From: Oscillospiraceae bacterium
GTDB lineage: Bacteria; Bacillota; Clostridia; Oscillospirales; CAG-272
Direction of reading: 5' to 3'
Assembly (NCBI GenBank): GCA_015063625.1
Contig: SVTT01000007.1
Coordinates: 12,780-76,779, forward strand
Length of the DNA: 64,000 bases
The notes under the pieces were generated by a model that did not search any database, had not been told where the DNA came from, and worked only from the letters and a program-made list of their open reading frames with translations. This document shows positions 48,985-59,226 of the stretch, piece by piece. Within the stretch, counting starts at the first letter, position 1. Each line of letters begins with the position of its first letter. Both the position numbers and the translations under genes were made by a program.

Positions 48985-51900
48985 TCAGAAGCTTGCGTTG
49001 TAAAGGATCTTCGCCTTGGGTCTGTCGGTTCCTGCCCAGTGTTTGTGCCAGCCTGCGGGAACGCCAAAGAAGGGCTTCTTGGCGCGGCAGTAAACGGTTG
49101 CCTTGCCGCACTGATCAAAGACCTCCTCGTCGATGGTTCTGACCGACGACGGGATATATGCCTCGCGCAGATTGGAGCAGCGCGCGAAGGCGTGACGCTC
49201 GATGACGGCAAGCCCGTAGGGGAATCTTACGGTTGTCAGCGAGGTGCATTCGGCAAAGCAGAGTGTGCCGATGCTGACCAGTGTGGAGGGGAAGGGCAGT
49301 GCCTGAAGCGAGGTGCAGTGGTAGAAGGACTTGTCGCCGATATGCGTGATACCCTCGGGGAAGGTCACGGTCTTGAGCGAGGTGCAGCCGTCAAAGGCGT
49401 AATTGCCGATCCTCTTGAGCGTGCCGGGGAAGACCACGCTTGTCACAGCGGTGTTGCCGTTGAAGACATAGGAGTCCACCTCGGTCACACCCTCGGGAAT
49501 GACCACATCGCCGCCCTTGCCGCGATAGCGCTTGAGAATGCCGCCCTCAATGGTGAAATCAGCACGGTTGTAAGAGGGTGCACTGCTGCTGACGGGCGCG
49601 GCAGCCCTGGCAACGGCGGGAGCACCGCCCGAGCCCTCTACGTCTGCGCGTACCACCTGTACACGCTCGGGATTCGAACCGAAAATGCTCTTGTCAAAGC
49701 GCAGAGAGGAGGGAACGATGATCTTTTTGAGGTTGTTGCAGCCGCTGAAACAGTAGTTTTCGATCTCGGTCACGTTGATGGGCACGATGAATGCCTCGAT
49801 CGCATTGGCGGAGGAGAAGGCACCCCAGCAAAGCTTCTTTACGGTCGAGGAGAGAGAAACGTCAACGAGGTTCTGCGCATAGGAGAAGGCGTTACCGCGG
49901 ATCTCCACGACGCCCTGGGGAACGGCATAGCCCGTATCGATCTTGCCGGCGGGGTAAGCGATCAGGGAATCCATCTGCTTGTTGAAGAGCACGCCGTCGC
50001 ACTCCGCATAATTGGGGTTGCGCGGGTCAACGCGGATCGCCTGCAGGCTGGTGCACTGGAGGAATGCAGAGGAGCCGATCTCGGTGATGCCGGCGTGGAT
50101 CGAGATCTCCTTCACCTTCTTGCATTCGGAGAAGGCGCTGGAGCCGATCTTGGTGACGGTCTCGGGAATGGTGATCTCCTCGAGGTTGTTACAGTACATG
50201 AAGAGCCCTTCGGGGATCTCCTCAAGCCCTGCGGGAATGTGCAAATGGCAAAGAGCACGGCAGGTCTTGAAGGCGCCCTGGCCGATATAGGTGACGTTAT
50301 CGGTGATGTTCAGCTCCTTGAGCTTCATGCAGCAAAGGAAGGCTTCCTCATCGATGTAGTTGATCGAATCGGGCAGCTTCAGCTCAAGCAGCTCGGAGCA
50401 GAAGCCGAAGGCGTTGGCGCCGATGCGCTTGACACCGTCGGGAACGACCACCTTCTTGAGGGTCTTGTTCTCGGCAAAGACGTTGTCGCCGATCCTGGTA
50501 ATGCCCGCGGGGAGAACGATGCATTCGTCCTTGCCCGTGTAGCCCTTGAGAACGCCGTTGACGATCTGATAGTCGTCGGGATTGGTCACACCCTCCTCAA
50601 GCTCGGGGGGGAGAGCCGCGGCGCCGTCAAAGTAGTCAAACTTGATGTGGCTGACCTCGTCGCCGAAGATGGCGTTGATGTCAAAGCCGTTGGAGATGGT
50701 CACGCGCTTGAGGGAGGTGCAGCCCGCAAAGGCGTTCGAGCCGATCTTGGTTACAGCAGAGGGGATCGTGATCTCGGTGAGTGACGAGCATCCCTTGAAT
50801 GCCGAGCTTTCGATGGTCTTAAGGCTTTCGGGCAGCTCCACCGAGGTCAGCTTGGCACAACCGTTAAAGGCATAACCGCCGATGAATTCCACGCCCTCGC
50901 AGATCGAGATACGGCGCAGGTCGGTGTAGGTCGCAAACGCCTCGGCACAGATCGAGGTGGTGCCGTCGGGCACGATATAGGAAAGTCCCAGCTTGTCGCC
51001 GGCACGGCACAGGCAGTTGCCGATGTAAAGACAGCCGTCGCGCCAGTTGTGCCTGTCATTGAAGTAGGCGGTATCGAGAAAGGCGTCGGCGTGAATGTCC
51101 ACCACGCCGTCGTGCACCGAGACCTTGGAGAGGTTGGTGCAGCCCGCGAAGGCGCGCTGACCCAAGAATTCGATGCTGTCGGGCAAATAGATCTCGGTCA
51201 GCTCGGTGCAGCCCGCAAACTCATCGGTGGAGATGGTGGTCAGCGTGTCGGGGAAGTTGATGCTCTTGATCTTTTTCTTGGCAGAGGATTTCTTGAATGC
51301 CCAGGAGGTGCTCTTTGCACCGTCGGGGATCACCACGTCACCGCCCTCGCCGCGATACTCCTTGATCGTGCCGCGCTGGTCGATGTCAAAGTCATCAAGA
51401 TTCGGCTCGGGGCGCTTTCTCTGCGCACGGGGGGCGTTTTCGGCAACCTTCTTCACCAGCTCCTCTGCGGTAGCGGCAAATTTGTCGCCCGCACAGGTCG
51501 AGCAGAATTTTGCCGTTGCAAGGTTTTCCGCACCGCACTTGACGCAGTATTTGACGGTGGCGGCAGTCTTCTTTTCCTCGGGGTTGATAAAGCGCTTGAC
51601 GAACTCATTGATCTTCTGCGAGGCATCAAAGCTCTTCATATTGACGCCCTGGATCTTGCCGGGAATGCCGGGAATGCGCTCGACCACGTTGCCGTCAAAG
51701 GCGATCATGATGCTGTTCTTTGCCTTCTCCTTGTCATTGAGCATGGCGAAGTAGCGGCTGTATTCATTTTGCACCCAGGGCGTGCGCAGGTAGTCCTCGT
51801 TGCTGCACACCAAAAGGAAGCTCTTTGCCGTGCAGAGGGCGTAGAGGATGAGCGCCTCGTAGTCCTCGCCCACGCGGTCGCCGATATCCTTTTCGGAGTA

Positions 51901-52500
51901 GAAGGGCTTGGCACCGGATGCACTGATGCTGTCGTAAAGCTTCATGGCAAGCATGCTGTCCTGGGTGTAGCCGCCACCCTCCTCGGAAACCTTTACGCAG
52001 ATGAAGGTGTCGTATTTCACACCCTCCTTGGCAAGGTTATAGAACTGGGTGCGGATGTAATCGATCTCTGCGGCACGTGCCTCATATTCCTTTGCCTGCT
52101 CCTCGGTGGCGAAGGAAAGTGCCTTTTGGTAATTCTTGTCCTCGGAGAATTTTTTGGTGCCGAGGTTGTAGCAGATCGCCTGCCAGCGCTGGTTGACGAC
52201 GTCCTTGACGTACTTGATCTGGTTGGCGGCAAGTGCCATGCCAAAGAACGCCTTGGATTCCTCGGGATCCAGCTCTGCTGCCTTCTGGTAGGCGGTGTAA
52301 GCGCGCTCGAATGCCGAGTTGGTCAGCTCGCTGTCGCCGTTATAGAGGTGATGCAGGACCTCATCCGTCTGGTCTTCTTTTGCTAAAATATTGGTGTACG
52401 CGCAGTAACGGCAACGGCAAAGACCGCCCGATGCAGCCGCCATATCCAGCGGTGCTCCGCATGCCGCACATTCAAAAACGCGAACCGTAAGTTCTGCCAT
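48985..52500 (-). CDS. Zn-ribbon/TPR/TIR/Zn-ribbon/BspA-type LRR protein
   Basis: CAAC..CRYC; TPR-like YQKAAELDP; TIR YDTFIC...WVQNEY; CVKC..CSTC; more than 20 I...AF.GC..L..I.IP repeats; own promoter TTGACA-17-TATCAT. Confidence 0.85.
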   Translation of the reverse strand: MAELTVRVFECAACGAPLDMAAASGGLCRCRYCAYTNILAKEDQTDEVLHHLYNGDSELTNSAFERAYTAYQKAAELDPEESKAFFGMALAANQIKYVKDVVNQRWQAICYNLGTKKFSEDKNYQKALSFATEEQAKEYEARAAEIDYIRTQFYNLAKEGVKYDTFICVKVSEEGGGYTQDSMLAMKLYDSISASGAKPFYSEKDIGDRVGEDYEALILYALCTAKSFLLVCSNEDYLRTPWVQNEYSRYFAMLNDKEKAKNSIMIAFDGNVVERIPGIPGKIQGVNMKSFDASQKINEFVKRFINPEEKKTAATVKYCVKCGAENLATAKFCSTCAGDKFAATAEELVKKVAENAPRAQRKRPEPNLDDFDIDQRGTIKEYRGEGGDVVIPDGAKSTSWAFKKSSAKKKIKSINFPDTLTTISTDEFAGCTELTEIYLPDSIEFLGQRAFAGCTNLSKVSVHDGVVDIHADAFLDTAYFNDRHNWRDGCLYIGNCLCRAGDKLGLSYIVPDGTTSICAEAFATYTDLRRISICEGVEFIGGYAFNGCAKLTSVELPESLKTIESSAFKGCSSLTEITIPSAVTKIGSNAFAGCTSLKRVTISNGFDINAIFGDEVSHIKFDYFDGAAALPPELEEGVTNPDDYQIVNGVLKGYTGKDECIVLPAGITRIGDNVFAENKTLKKVVVPDGVKRIGANAFGFCSELLELKLPDSINYIDEEAFLCCMKLKELNITDNVTYIGQGAFKTCRALCHLHIPAGLEEIPEGLFMYCNNLEEITIPETVTKIGSSAFSECKKVKEISIHAGITEIGSSAFLQCTSLQAIRVDPRNPNYAECDGVLFNKQMDSLIAYPAGKIDTGYAVPQGVVEIRGNAFSYAQNLVDVSLSSTVKKLCWGAFSSANAIEAFIVPINVTEIENYCFSGCNNLKKIIVPSSLRFDKSIFGSNPERVQVVRADVEGSGGAPAVARAAAPVSSSAPSYNRADFTIEGGILKRYRGKGGDVVIPEGVTEVDSYVFNGNTAVTSVVFPGTLKRIGNYAFDGCTSLKTVTFPEGITHIGDKSFYHCTSLQALPFPSTLVSIGTLCFAECTSLTTVRFPYGLAVIERHAFARCSNLREAYIPSSVRTIDEEVFDQCGKATVYCRAKKPFFGVPAGWHKHWAGTDRPKAKILYNASF

Positions 52501-52590
52501 GGGAATACCCTCCGTTCGTAAATAAAGTATACATATTAATGATATCACAGAGTGACGGTCTTGTCAACAAATTTGATCGCAAAAATACAA

Positions 52591-52626
52591 AAAGCTCCCT
52601 GTGCGCCATTTGGCGCACAGGGAGCA
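52591..52626 (-). terminator. rlmH terminator
   Basis: GCTCCCTGTGCGCC/GGCGCACAGGGAGC stem with A tract on the + strand. Confidence 0.75.
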
Positions 52627-52637
52627 CATGCCTTTTG

Positions 52638-53117
52638 CTATTTGTGATATTTTCCGCCCGCAAGAATGGAAAGACTGCGGTAAACGGCTTCAAGCAGCAC
52701 CGCCCGCATCATCTGATGGGGGAAGGTGAGCCTTGATACCGAAAGGCGCAGCTGTGCCGCAGCCTTCACGGAGGGGGAAAGCCCGTGTGAGCTGCCGATG
52801 ATCAGGGTGAGCGCACCGTTGGTCTGCATGATATCGGCAAGTCGGTCGGCAAGCTCCTCGGAGGAGAGCTGCTTGCCCTCCACGCAAAGCGCCACAACAA
52901 AGGATCGGGGCAGGAGAGAGGAAAGGATGTCGGCGCCTTCCTTTTCAAGCGCGGCGTCGATCTCTCTCCTTGAGGGGTTCTCGGACAGGCGGTATTCCTT
53001 CAGTTCCGTGATCTCCACCTTGGCATACGCGCCAAGGCGCTTTTGGTATTCGCAGACAGCGTCACGCCAATAGGATTCCTTCAGCGTGCCGAGCGCGATC
53101 AGACGGATATGTAGCAT
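52638..53117 (-). CDS. rlmH: 23S rRNA pseudouridine-1915 N3-methyltransferase
   Basis: IIGSSHGL, TFPHQMMR, GKYHK C-terminus. Confidence 0.95.
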   Translation of the reverse strand: MLHIRLIALGTLKESYWRDAVCEYQKRLGAYAKVEITELKEYRLSENPSRREIDAALEKEGADILSSLLPRSFVVALCVEGKQLSSEELADRLADIMQTNGALTLIIGSSHGLSPSVKAAAQLRLSVSRLTFPHQMMRAVLLEAVYRSLSILAGGKYHK

Positions 53118-53130
53118 GATATCGTTCCTT

Positions 53131-53937
53131 TCAGAGCTCCGTGGCATGCACGGGATCGGCGGCGCGCACGCGGACGTCACAGCCTGCCAGTGCCGCGCGC
53201 ACCTCGGAGAGTGCCAGCTCGGGGAGATTGTTGGTTTCCGAAAGGTGGGCGAGCAGCAGGCGTTTCATGCCACAAGTGGCAAGACGGGTGCAAAAAGCCG
53301 CACAGTCGGTGTTGGAAAGATGTCCGTGACGCGAGGCGATCCGCTTCTTCAAAAAATAAGGGTAAGGACCTGTTTTCAGCATCTCTTCATCGTGGTTGCA
53401 TTCAAGCACCACTGCCTCGCAGCCAAAAAGGCCCTCCTCGACCGCGGGAGTGATGCCCCCAAGGTCGGTGGCATAGCCGATCGAACGGCCCTTGCAGGAG
53501 ATGCGGTAGCCGACGCTGCCCGCACTGTCGTGCAGGGTAGGGAAGGAGGTGACGGTAAAGGGACCGACCGTCAGGGCAAAGACAGGGGGATGAATGACAA
53601 GGTGCTCTCCCATCCCCTCGCCAAGCTCGGCGATCAGCCGTTCTGCCGAGGCGGCGGTGGTGTGCACGGGCACGGGGTGATGCTTCAAAAAAACGGCCAG
53701 CGCCGAGGTGTGATCGCGGTGCTCGTGCGTGAGAAGGATCGCCGAGACCGTATCGGGCTCGGTGCCCGCCTCCTGCAGTGCTGCGGTCAGCGCCCTTGCC
53801 GAGCGCCCCGCATCGATCAGGAGGGCAGTGCCCTCGCAGGTCAGAAGCGCCGCGTTGCCGGTCGAGCCGGAATAGAGCATACGAAGAGAATAGGGCGCCG
53901 AGGACGGCGCCCCAATGGAACGGATTTCGGTATTCAT
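53131..53937 (-). CDS. MBL-fold hydrolase, YycJ/WalJ-like
   Basis: SGSTGN, THEHRDH, HDS, ECNHD, GHLSN, HLSETNN. Confidence 0.9.
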   Translation of the reverse strand: MNTEIRSIGAPSSAPYSLRMLYSGSTGNAALLTCEGTALLIDAGRSARALTAALQEAGTEPDTVSAILLTHEHRDHTSALAVFLKHHPVPVHTTAASAERLIAELGEGMGEHLVIHPPVFALTVGPFTVTSFPTLHDSAGSVGYRISCKGRSIGYATDLGGITPAVEEGLFGCEAVVLECNHDEEMLKTGPYPYFLKKRIASRHGHLSNTDCAAFCTRLATCGMKRLLLAHLSETNNLPELALSEVRAALAGCDVRVRAADPVHATEL

Positions 53938-53938
53938 G

Positions 53939-54367
53939 TTAGTTCCTCAGGAAAAGATCAATGATAAAGAGGTCGACCGCATCGATCAAAAAGGTCAGCA
54001 CAAGAGGAAAGATCACAGTCAGCATCCATCTGGAGCGCGTCAGTCGCCTTTTGCCTTCCTGCAAAAAGGCATCCTTTTTTTCCTCGCTCCAATCGTCGGG
54101 CAGCTGCTCTCTTTCGACCCCGTTTTGGTAGAAAAATCGGTTGACGATGAGAAACGCGACCGTGAATCCGAGCAGGATCGCCAGGTAGGCGATCATCACC
54201 GCAAAGGCAAAAAAGGTGCGGTCGGTCATCTCGGCGTAAAGGAGCGATATGCGGTAAAGGCAGAAGAAAAGAAGCGTGTTGATGCAAAGCAGGGCGAGAT
54301 ATCGCTTTTTGTCGCTTCGGTTACCCACCTCGGGGGTGGAGGATCGGTCCGGCCGTTTTTTTGTCAT
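53939..54367 (-). CDS. Hypothetical membrane protein (three TM helices)
   Basis: Hydrophobic segments; lies between co-oriented genes. Confidence 0.7.
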   Translation of the reverse strand: MTKKRPDRSSTPEVGNRSDKKRYLALLCINTLLFFCLYRISLLYAEMTDRTFFAFAVMIAYLAILLGFTVAFLIVNRFFYQNGVEREQLPDDWSEEKKDAFLQEGKRRLTRSRWMLTVIFPLVLTFLIDAVDLFIIDLFLRN

Positions 54368-54387
54368 ATCGGATCCCCTTGCGGCAA

Positions 54388-55671
54388 TCAGCAGACGAGA
54401 GTTGCGCCCTCGCCGCGAATACGCAGAACCATGCAGGAGCCCTCGCCGAACACGCTCTCCATGAGTGCGGCGAAGCCCTTTACGTCCTCTGCTCTGACAA
54501 ACGCCTGCACGGTGCCGGCAAAGCCACCGCCGTGAACGCGCCACGCCGCACGCTTGTCCGAAAGATAGCGCTCGGCAAGGCAAAGAGCGAGGGAAAGGCC
54601 CTGCTCAGCCACGTTCTTGGTGGTGTAGACGTTCTGGAGATAGCAGAAGGAGGAGCGTCCCGAGGCGATCACGTTGTCGAAGAAGGCGTCAAGGTCGCCT
54701 GCCTTCAGCGCGGCGCTTTGCAGGGCAACACGGCGGTTTTCCGCAAAGAAGTGCAACGCACGGAGGATGGCACGGTCGCCCACACGCTCGCGCAGAGTGG
54801 GAATGGCGACGATCACGGCGTCCTCGTCGGTCTCGCGGAGCACGGATTTGCCCATGGCGGCGGCGACAGCCTTCATTTCGGTGGGCACTGCGGCGTAGTC
54901 GGGGGTGAGATCGGCGTGGTTGCCGCCCGTGTTTACGATGCAAAGGTTGTAGCCGGCGGCGGTGATGTCGAAGTCGATCTTTTCGATCACGGGGGCGCCC
55001 TCGGTTTCAAAGTCGATGGCAACGATGCCGCCCACGGCACAGGCGGTCTGGTCCATCAGACCGCAGGGCTTGCCGAAAAATTCGTTTTCGGCATACTGCG
55101 CGATCTTGGCGATCTCCACGTTGTCGATCCTGCCGTCGTTGTAGAGATGGTTTTCGATATTGCCGATCATATCCTCAAACGCTGCCGAGGAGGAAAGTCC
55201 CGAGCCCTTGAGAACGCTGGAGGTGGTATAAGCCACAAATCCCCCCGTACGGTATCCGTTTTTCGCTAATCCCGCGCACATTCCCGCAATGATGGCATCC
55301 GAGCGTCCGAAGCGCTCCTCGCGAGGAGCCTTGAAGCCGGCAAGGTCAACGGTGTCCTCGGGGAAGCCCTCGGATTTCACGCGGATCACACCGTCCTCTG
55401 TGGCAGAGGCGACGGCAATGATGTCAAGGTCGATCGAGGCGGCAACGACGCGACCGCGGTTGTGGTCGGTGTGATTGCCGGAAAGCTCACTGCGCCCCGC
55501 CACCGAGAACAGGCGGATGTCGCGGTCCTTACCGTAAAGCGCTTCAAATTCGGCGATCGCCTTTTTGTAGCGCTCCTTTTGCGCCGTAATGGCATCGGCA
55601 CCGTAAAGTGCACCAAGGCGCGCGTCCAGCGCACCGTTTTTCAGTTCCTTCATCATGTCTGCTGTTTTCAT
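54388..55671 (-). CDS. galK: Galactokinase
   Basis: GR.ELSGNHTDH, GSGLSSSA, CGLMDQ, GGGFAG. Confidence 0.9.
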   Translation of the reverse strand: MKTADMMKELKNGALDARLGALYGADAITAQKERYKKAIAEFEALYGKDRDIRLFSVAGRSELSGNHTDHNRGRVVAASIDLDIIAVASATEDGVIRVKSEGFPEDTVDLAGFKAPREERFGRSDAIIAGMCAGLAKNGYRTGGFVAYTTSSVLKGSGLSSSAAFEDMIGNIENHLYNDGRIDNVEIAKIAQYAENEFFGKPCGLMDQTACAVGGIVAIDFETEGAPVIEKIDFDITAAGYNLCIVNTGGNHADLTPDYAAVPTEMKAVAAAMGKSVLRETDEDAVIVAIPTLRERVGDRAILRALHFFAENRRVALQSAALKAGDLDAFFDNVIASGRSSFCYLQNVYTTKNVAEQGLSLALCLAERYLSDKRAAWRVHGGGFAGTVQAFVRAEDVKGFAALMESVFGEGSCMVLRIRGEGATLVC

Positions 55672-55686
55672 GTATCGTTCCTCCGA

Positions 55687-56619
55687 TTATTCAAGTCCCA
55701 TTTGTCCCATCAGCTTGCGGTTGAATTCCTCCGCGGTGTTGTAGCCCATCTTCTTCTGACGGTTGTTCATTGCCGCGATCTCCAGAATGATGGCAAGGTT
55801 TCTGCCCGGCTTGACGGGAATGGTGATGCTGGGCACACGGTTGCCGAGAATGTCCATGGTTTCGTTGTCAAGTCCGAGGCGGTCATACATCTTGCCCTGG
55901 ATCCAAGGCTCCAGATTGATCACAAGGTCAATGCTCTGCGTGTCCTTGACGGCGCCCATGCCGAAGATGCGGCGCACGTCCACAATGCCGATGCCGCGCA
56001 GCTCCACGTAATGACGGATGATGGGGGGCGCAGAGCCAACCAGCGTTTTGGCGGAAACGCGCTTGATCTCTACGGCGTCGTCGGCAATGAGGCGGTGTCC
56101 GCGCTTGACCAGCTCAATGGCGGTCTCGCTTTTTCCGACGCCCGAATCACCGAGCAGCAAAAGTCCCTCGCCGTAGACCTCCACGAGAACGCCGTGGCGC
56201 GTGATGCGCGGTGCAAGCTGGAGGTTGAGGTAGGCGATCAGCGTTGCCATGAAGGAGCTGGTCTTCTCCTTGGTGACCAGAAGGGGAACACCGTATTTTG
56301 CTGCCCATTCCTTCATGTGAGCGAAGGCGGAGAGCGAGGTGGTCAGAATGACGGCGGCGGGCTTCAGACGGAATAGGTTTTCCAGCTTTGCGGCACGCTC
56401 CTGCTCGTCACACAGCTCAAGATAGCGGTGCTCTGCCATGCCCACGATCTGGATGCGGCTGGTTTCAAACATCTCAAAAAAGCCTGCAAGCGCAAGCCCC
56501 GGGCGGTCGATCTCGGTGTTGGTGATCATGATCCGTTCCGCCTCGTCGGGCAGACAGATCGGCTCAAGCGAGAGCTCCTTGATCAGAGCCGCGAGTGAAA
56601 TACTGTATGTTTCTTGCAT
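55687..56619 (-). CDS. hprK: HPr kinase/phosphorylase
   Basis: HGVLV, GDSGVGKSE, LIADD, ELRGIGI, PGRNLA. Confidence 0.96.
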   Translation of the reverse strand: MQETYSISLAALIKELSLEPICLPDEAERIMITNTEIDRPGLALAGFFEMFETSRIQIVGMAEHRYLELCDEQERAAKLENLFRLKPAAVILTTSLSAFAHMKEWAAKYGVPLLVTKEKTSSFMATLIAYLNLQLAPRITRHGVLVEVYGEGLLLLGDSGVGKSETAIELVKRGHRLIADDAVEIKRVSAKTLVGSAPPIIRHYVELRGIGIVDVRRIFGMGAVKDTQSIDLVINLEPWIQGKMYDRLGLDNETMDILGNRVPSITIPVKPGRNLAIILEIAAMNNRQKKMGYNTAEEFNRKLMGQMGLE

Positions 56620-56797
56620 GGCAGCCTCCTTGCTTGGCAAATACAGGTCGGTAGCTCCATTATAACACAGTTTTTTCGAAAAGCAAATAGGAATTTTATT
56701 TTTTTTGACGTTGCACACTTTTCGCGCGAGAATTCACGGAATATTCACATCTTTACTTTATAATAATACAATCCGATTGTTGCAAAGGAGTTTTTGC

Positions 56798-57955
56798 ATG
56801 AAAAAAACGATTCGCGCGCTTGCGCTGATGCTGGCACTTTTGTCGGTGCTCTGCTCGTTTGCCTCCTGCGCGGCATCCCGCCGTGTTTACGCCTCTCCCG
56901 TGGCAAGCAAGGCGGTTGCCGTGGCAGGCGAGGTGGAGGTGCTTTATGAGGAGCTTTATTACATTGCCATGAACCGTCTTGCCGAAATGGAGGAGGAGCA
57001 CGGTGACGTGCTTTCCGACCCCGCGCTGGTCGCCGAGCTTGAGGGCTTCGTTTGGGAGAATCTGCTGACGCGCGAGACCGCGCTGGTGGCAGTCGGCTAT
57101 GATTACGGCATCAACGTGCACGACGGCAATATCAAGGAGCAGGTCGGGGCAATGTTTGAGAGCATTCTTGAAACCGAATATGAAAACGACCGTGCCGCCT
57201 ACATCGAGGCGCTCGGTCTGATGCATATGACCGATCATTACGCGCGCACCAGCTTCGGGATCCAGGATTTTCTCGCGACCGAGATCGTGCTTGCCATGCT
57301 GCAAAGGGGAGAGCTGGATACCACCGATGCCACCGCGCTGGAACGGGTACAGAGTGACGAATTTGTGCGCACCGTGCACGTCTTTATCAGCAAGACCAAC
57401 GGCATTTACAGTGACGAGCAAAACCGCGCCAACGCCCTTGCGCTTCGTACCGCCATTGCGGCAGAGAGCGATGCGGATGCACGCTACGATGCCATGCGGG
57501 ATGCCATCGGCGGAAAATACAACAACGATTTCGGCGATACCGTCGGAAACGGCTACTACTTCACCAAGGGCGAGATGGACAAGGCATATGAGGACGCCGC
57601 CTTTTCACTCGCGGAATACGGCGTCAGCGACGTCGTGGAGACCGATGATGGCTATTACGTGATCATGCGCTTACCGAAGAATGAGGAATATATTGCCTTG
57701 CATCTCCAGCAGCTGAAGGAAAAGTCCTATTTTGTGGTGCTCAACGAAAAGGTGGAGCAGAAGCTGGTCGGCATGACGCTTGAAAAGACCGAGTTTGGTG
57801 AGGAGCTGGATTTTACCGATCTCCCGACGCTTGACGTGGAGGGCGGAAGCCGCATGATCCTGATCGGCGGTATTGCAGGGGGTGCCGTCCTGCTTGCGGT
57901 GATTCTGATCGTGGTGGTACGCAGCTTCCGTAAGAGGAAAGCCGCGAAGGCATAA
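56798..57955 (+). CDS. Parvulin-type peptidyl-prolyl isomerase lipoprotein (PrsA-like) with C-terminal TM anchor
   Basis: Lipobox FASC; GEM..AYEDAAF.L....VS.VVET..GYY.I. Confidence 0.75.
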   Translation: MKKTIRALALMLALLSVLCSFASCAASRRVYASPVASKAVAVAGEVEVLYEELYYIAMNRLAEMEEEHGDVLSDPALVAELEGFVWENLLTRETALVAVGYDYGINVHDGNIKEQVGAMFESILETEYENDRAAYIEALGLMHMTDHYARTSFGIQDFLATEIVLAMLQRGELDTTDATALERVQSDEFVRTVHVFISKTNGIYSDEQNRANALALRTAIAAESDADARYDAMRDAIGGKYNNDFGDTVGNGYYFTKGEMDKAYEDAAFSLAEYGVSDVVETDDGYYVIMRLPKNEEYIALHLQQLKEKSYFVVLNEKVEQKLVGMTLEKTEFGEELDFTDLPTLDVEGGSRMILIGGIAGGAVLLAVILIVVVRSFRKRKAAKA

Positions 57956-57996
57956 ATCGATACCGTGCAGAGATTTTTTGAAGGGAGGAGCAGCGT

Positions 57997-58734
57997 TTGA
58001 TCGAGGTCGTACTTGAATATCTGTTTTTGTTCTGCTTCTGTGCGACGTGCGGATGGCTGATCGAGGTGGTCTATCGCGGGTTCAGACACCGTAAGGTGGT
58101 CAATCCCGGCTTTTTGACGGGCACCTGTCTGCCGATCTACGGCATCGGCGGCGCCGTTCTCTATTTTCTCTCGGAGCTGAAGCTCCGAGCCCTGCCAAAC
58201 GAATATCTCCGCGTGGCGGTCATTCTTCTGATGGCGGTGGCGGTCATGACCCTTATCGAGCTGGTGGGAGGGCTGATCGCACTCAAATATTTCCGCATCC
58301 GCCTTTGGGATTACTCGGGCGAATGGGGCAATTTTCAAGGGGTCATCTGCCCGAAATTCTCTCTTTTCTGGGGGCTGATCTGTGCTGCGTATTATTTTTT
58401 CCTGTACGCGCCCTTGCACGATGTTGCCTCGCGCGTGATCGAGCTCCCGCTGCTGATCCTTGCCGTGGGTGCTTATCTCGGCGTGCTTGCGGTCGATCTT
58501 GCACATTCCCTGCGTCTGATGCAGCGCATCCGTCGCTATGCCGCGCAGATGCGCACGCACATCAATCTGGATCAGATGAAGGCGAGCGCAAAGGAGCATT
58601 TTCGTGTACAGTCGGGCAAGAAAGAGCCCTTCAACTTCTATCGCATGGTCAATCGTTATATGGCGGATATGCACGGCTACCGTGAGCAGATCCAGCAAAA
58701 ATGGGGAGATAAAAATGGGCAGGCAAAAAATTGA
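57997..58734 (+). CDS. Putative ABC transporter permease (CmpB/TMEM229-like)
   Basis: GWLIE, NPGFL.G..LPIYG, LWDYS..WGNF.G.IC. Confidence 0.82.
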   Translation: MIEVVLEYLFLFCFCATCGWLIEVVYRGFRHRKVVNPGFLTGTCLPIYGIGGAVLYFLSELKLRALPNEYLRVAVILLMAVAVMTLIELVGGLIALKYFRIRLWDYSGEWGNFQGVICPKFSLFWGLICAAYYFFLYAPLHDVASRVIELPLLILAVGAYLGVLAVDLAHSLRLMQRIRRYAAQMRTHINLDQMKASAKEHFRVQSGKKEPFNFYRMVNRYMADMHGYREQIQQKWGDKNGQAKN

Positions 58735-59203
58735 TTACACGCTTTTTTATGAGGTGCTGCGCGAGGTGGTCCCCACGGCGCGCTACCGCCAAATGAAGCA
58801 GTATATTTCACATTCCGACATCACGGTCTATCAGCACTGCATCAAGGTCGCACACAAGGCGTATACACTTGCCTTCAAGCTCGGTGTGCGCTGTGATCTC
58901 CGCGCTCTGGTGCGCGGTGCACTGCTCCATGACTATTATCTTTACGATTGGCACGATCCCAATAAAGGATTTCGCTGGCACGGCTTCAAGCACCATCGCT
59001 TTGCCCTGCAAAACGCAAGTGCCGATTTCGATCTGTCCGAGAAGGAGAAGAATATCATTCACTCGCATATGTTTCCCCTGACGGTCTGGTGCCTGCCCAA
59101 GAGCCGCGAGGCATGGCTGGTCACGCTTGCCGACAAGTGCATCGCCACCGAGGAGACCTTAAAGAAATACAAGGACAAAAGGGCGCAGGAGAGCGCCGAA
59201 TAA
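58715..59203 (+). CDS. HD-domain phosphohydrolase
   Basis: QHC..V, LLHDY, H, HMFP, ADK. Confidence 0.88.
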   Translation: MGRQKIDYTLFYEVLREVVPTARYRQMKQYISHSDITVYQHCIKVAHKAYTLAFKLGVRCDLRALVRGALLHDYYLYDWHDPNKGFRWHGFKHHRFALQNASADFDLSEKEKNIIHSHMFPLTVWCLPKSREAWLVTLADKCIATEETLKKYKDKRAQESAE

Positions 59204-59226
59204 GCTGCGGCAAAGGAGTTTTTATC

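Noticed and set aside
52638-52660. att duplication of the rlmH 3' end
   Set aside because: The only similar string noticed (ATATCACAAAT at 283-293) is 11 bp, inverted and 52 kb away; likely chance
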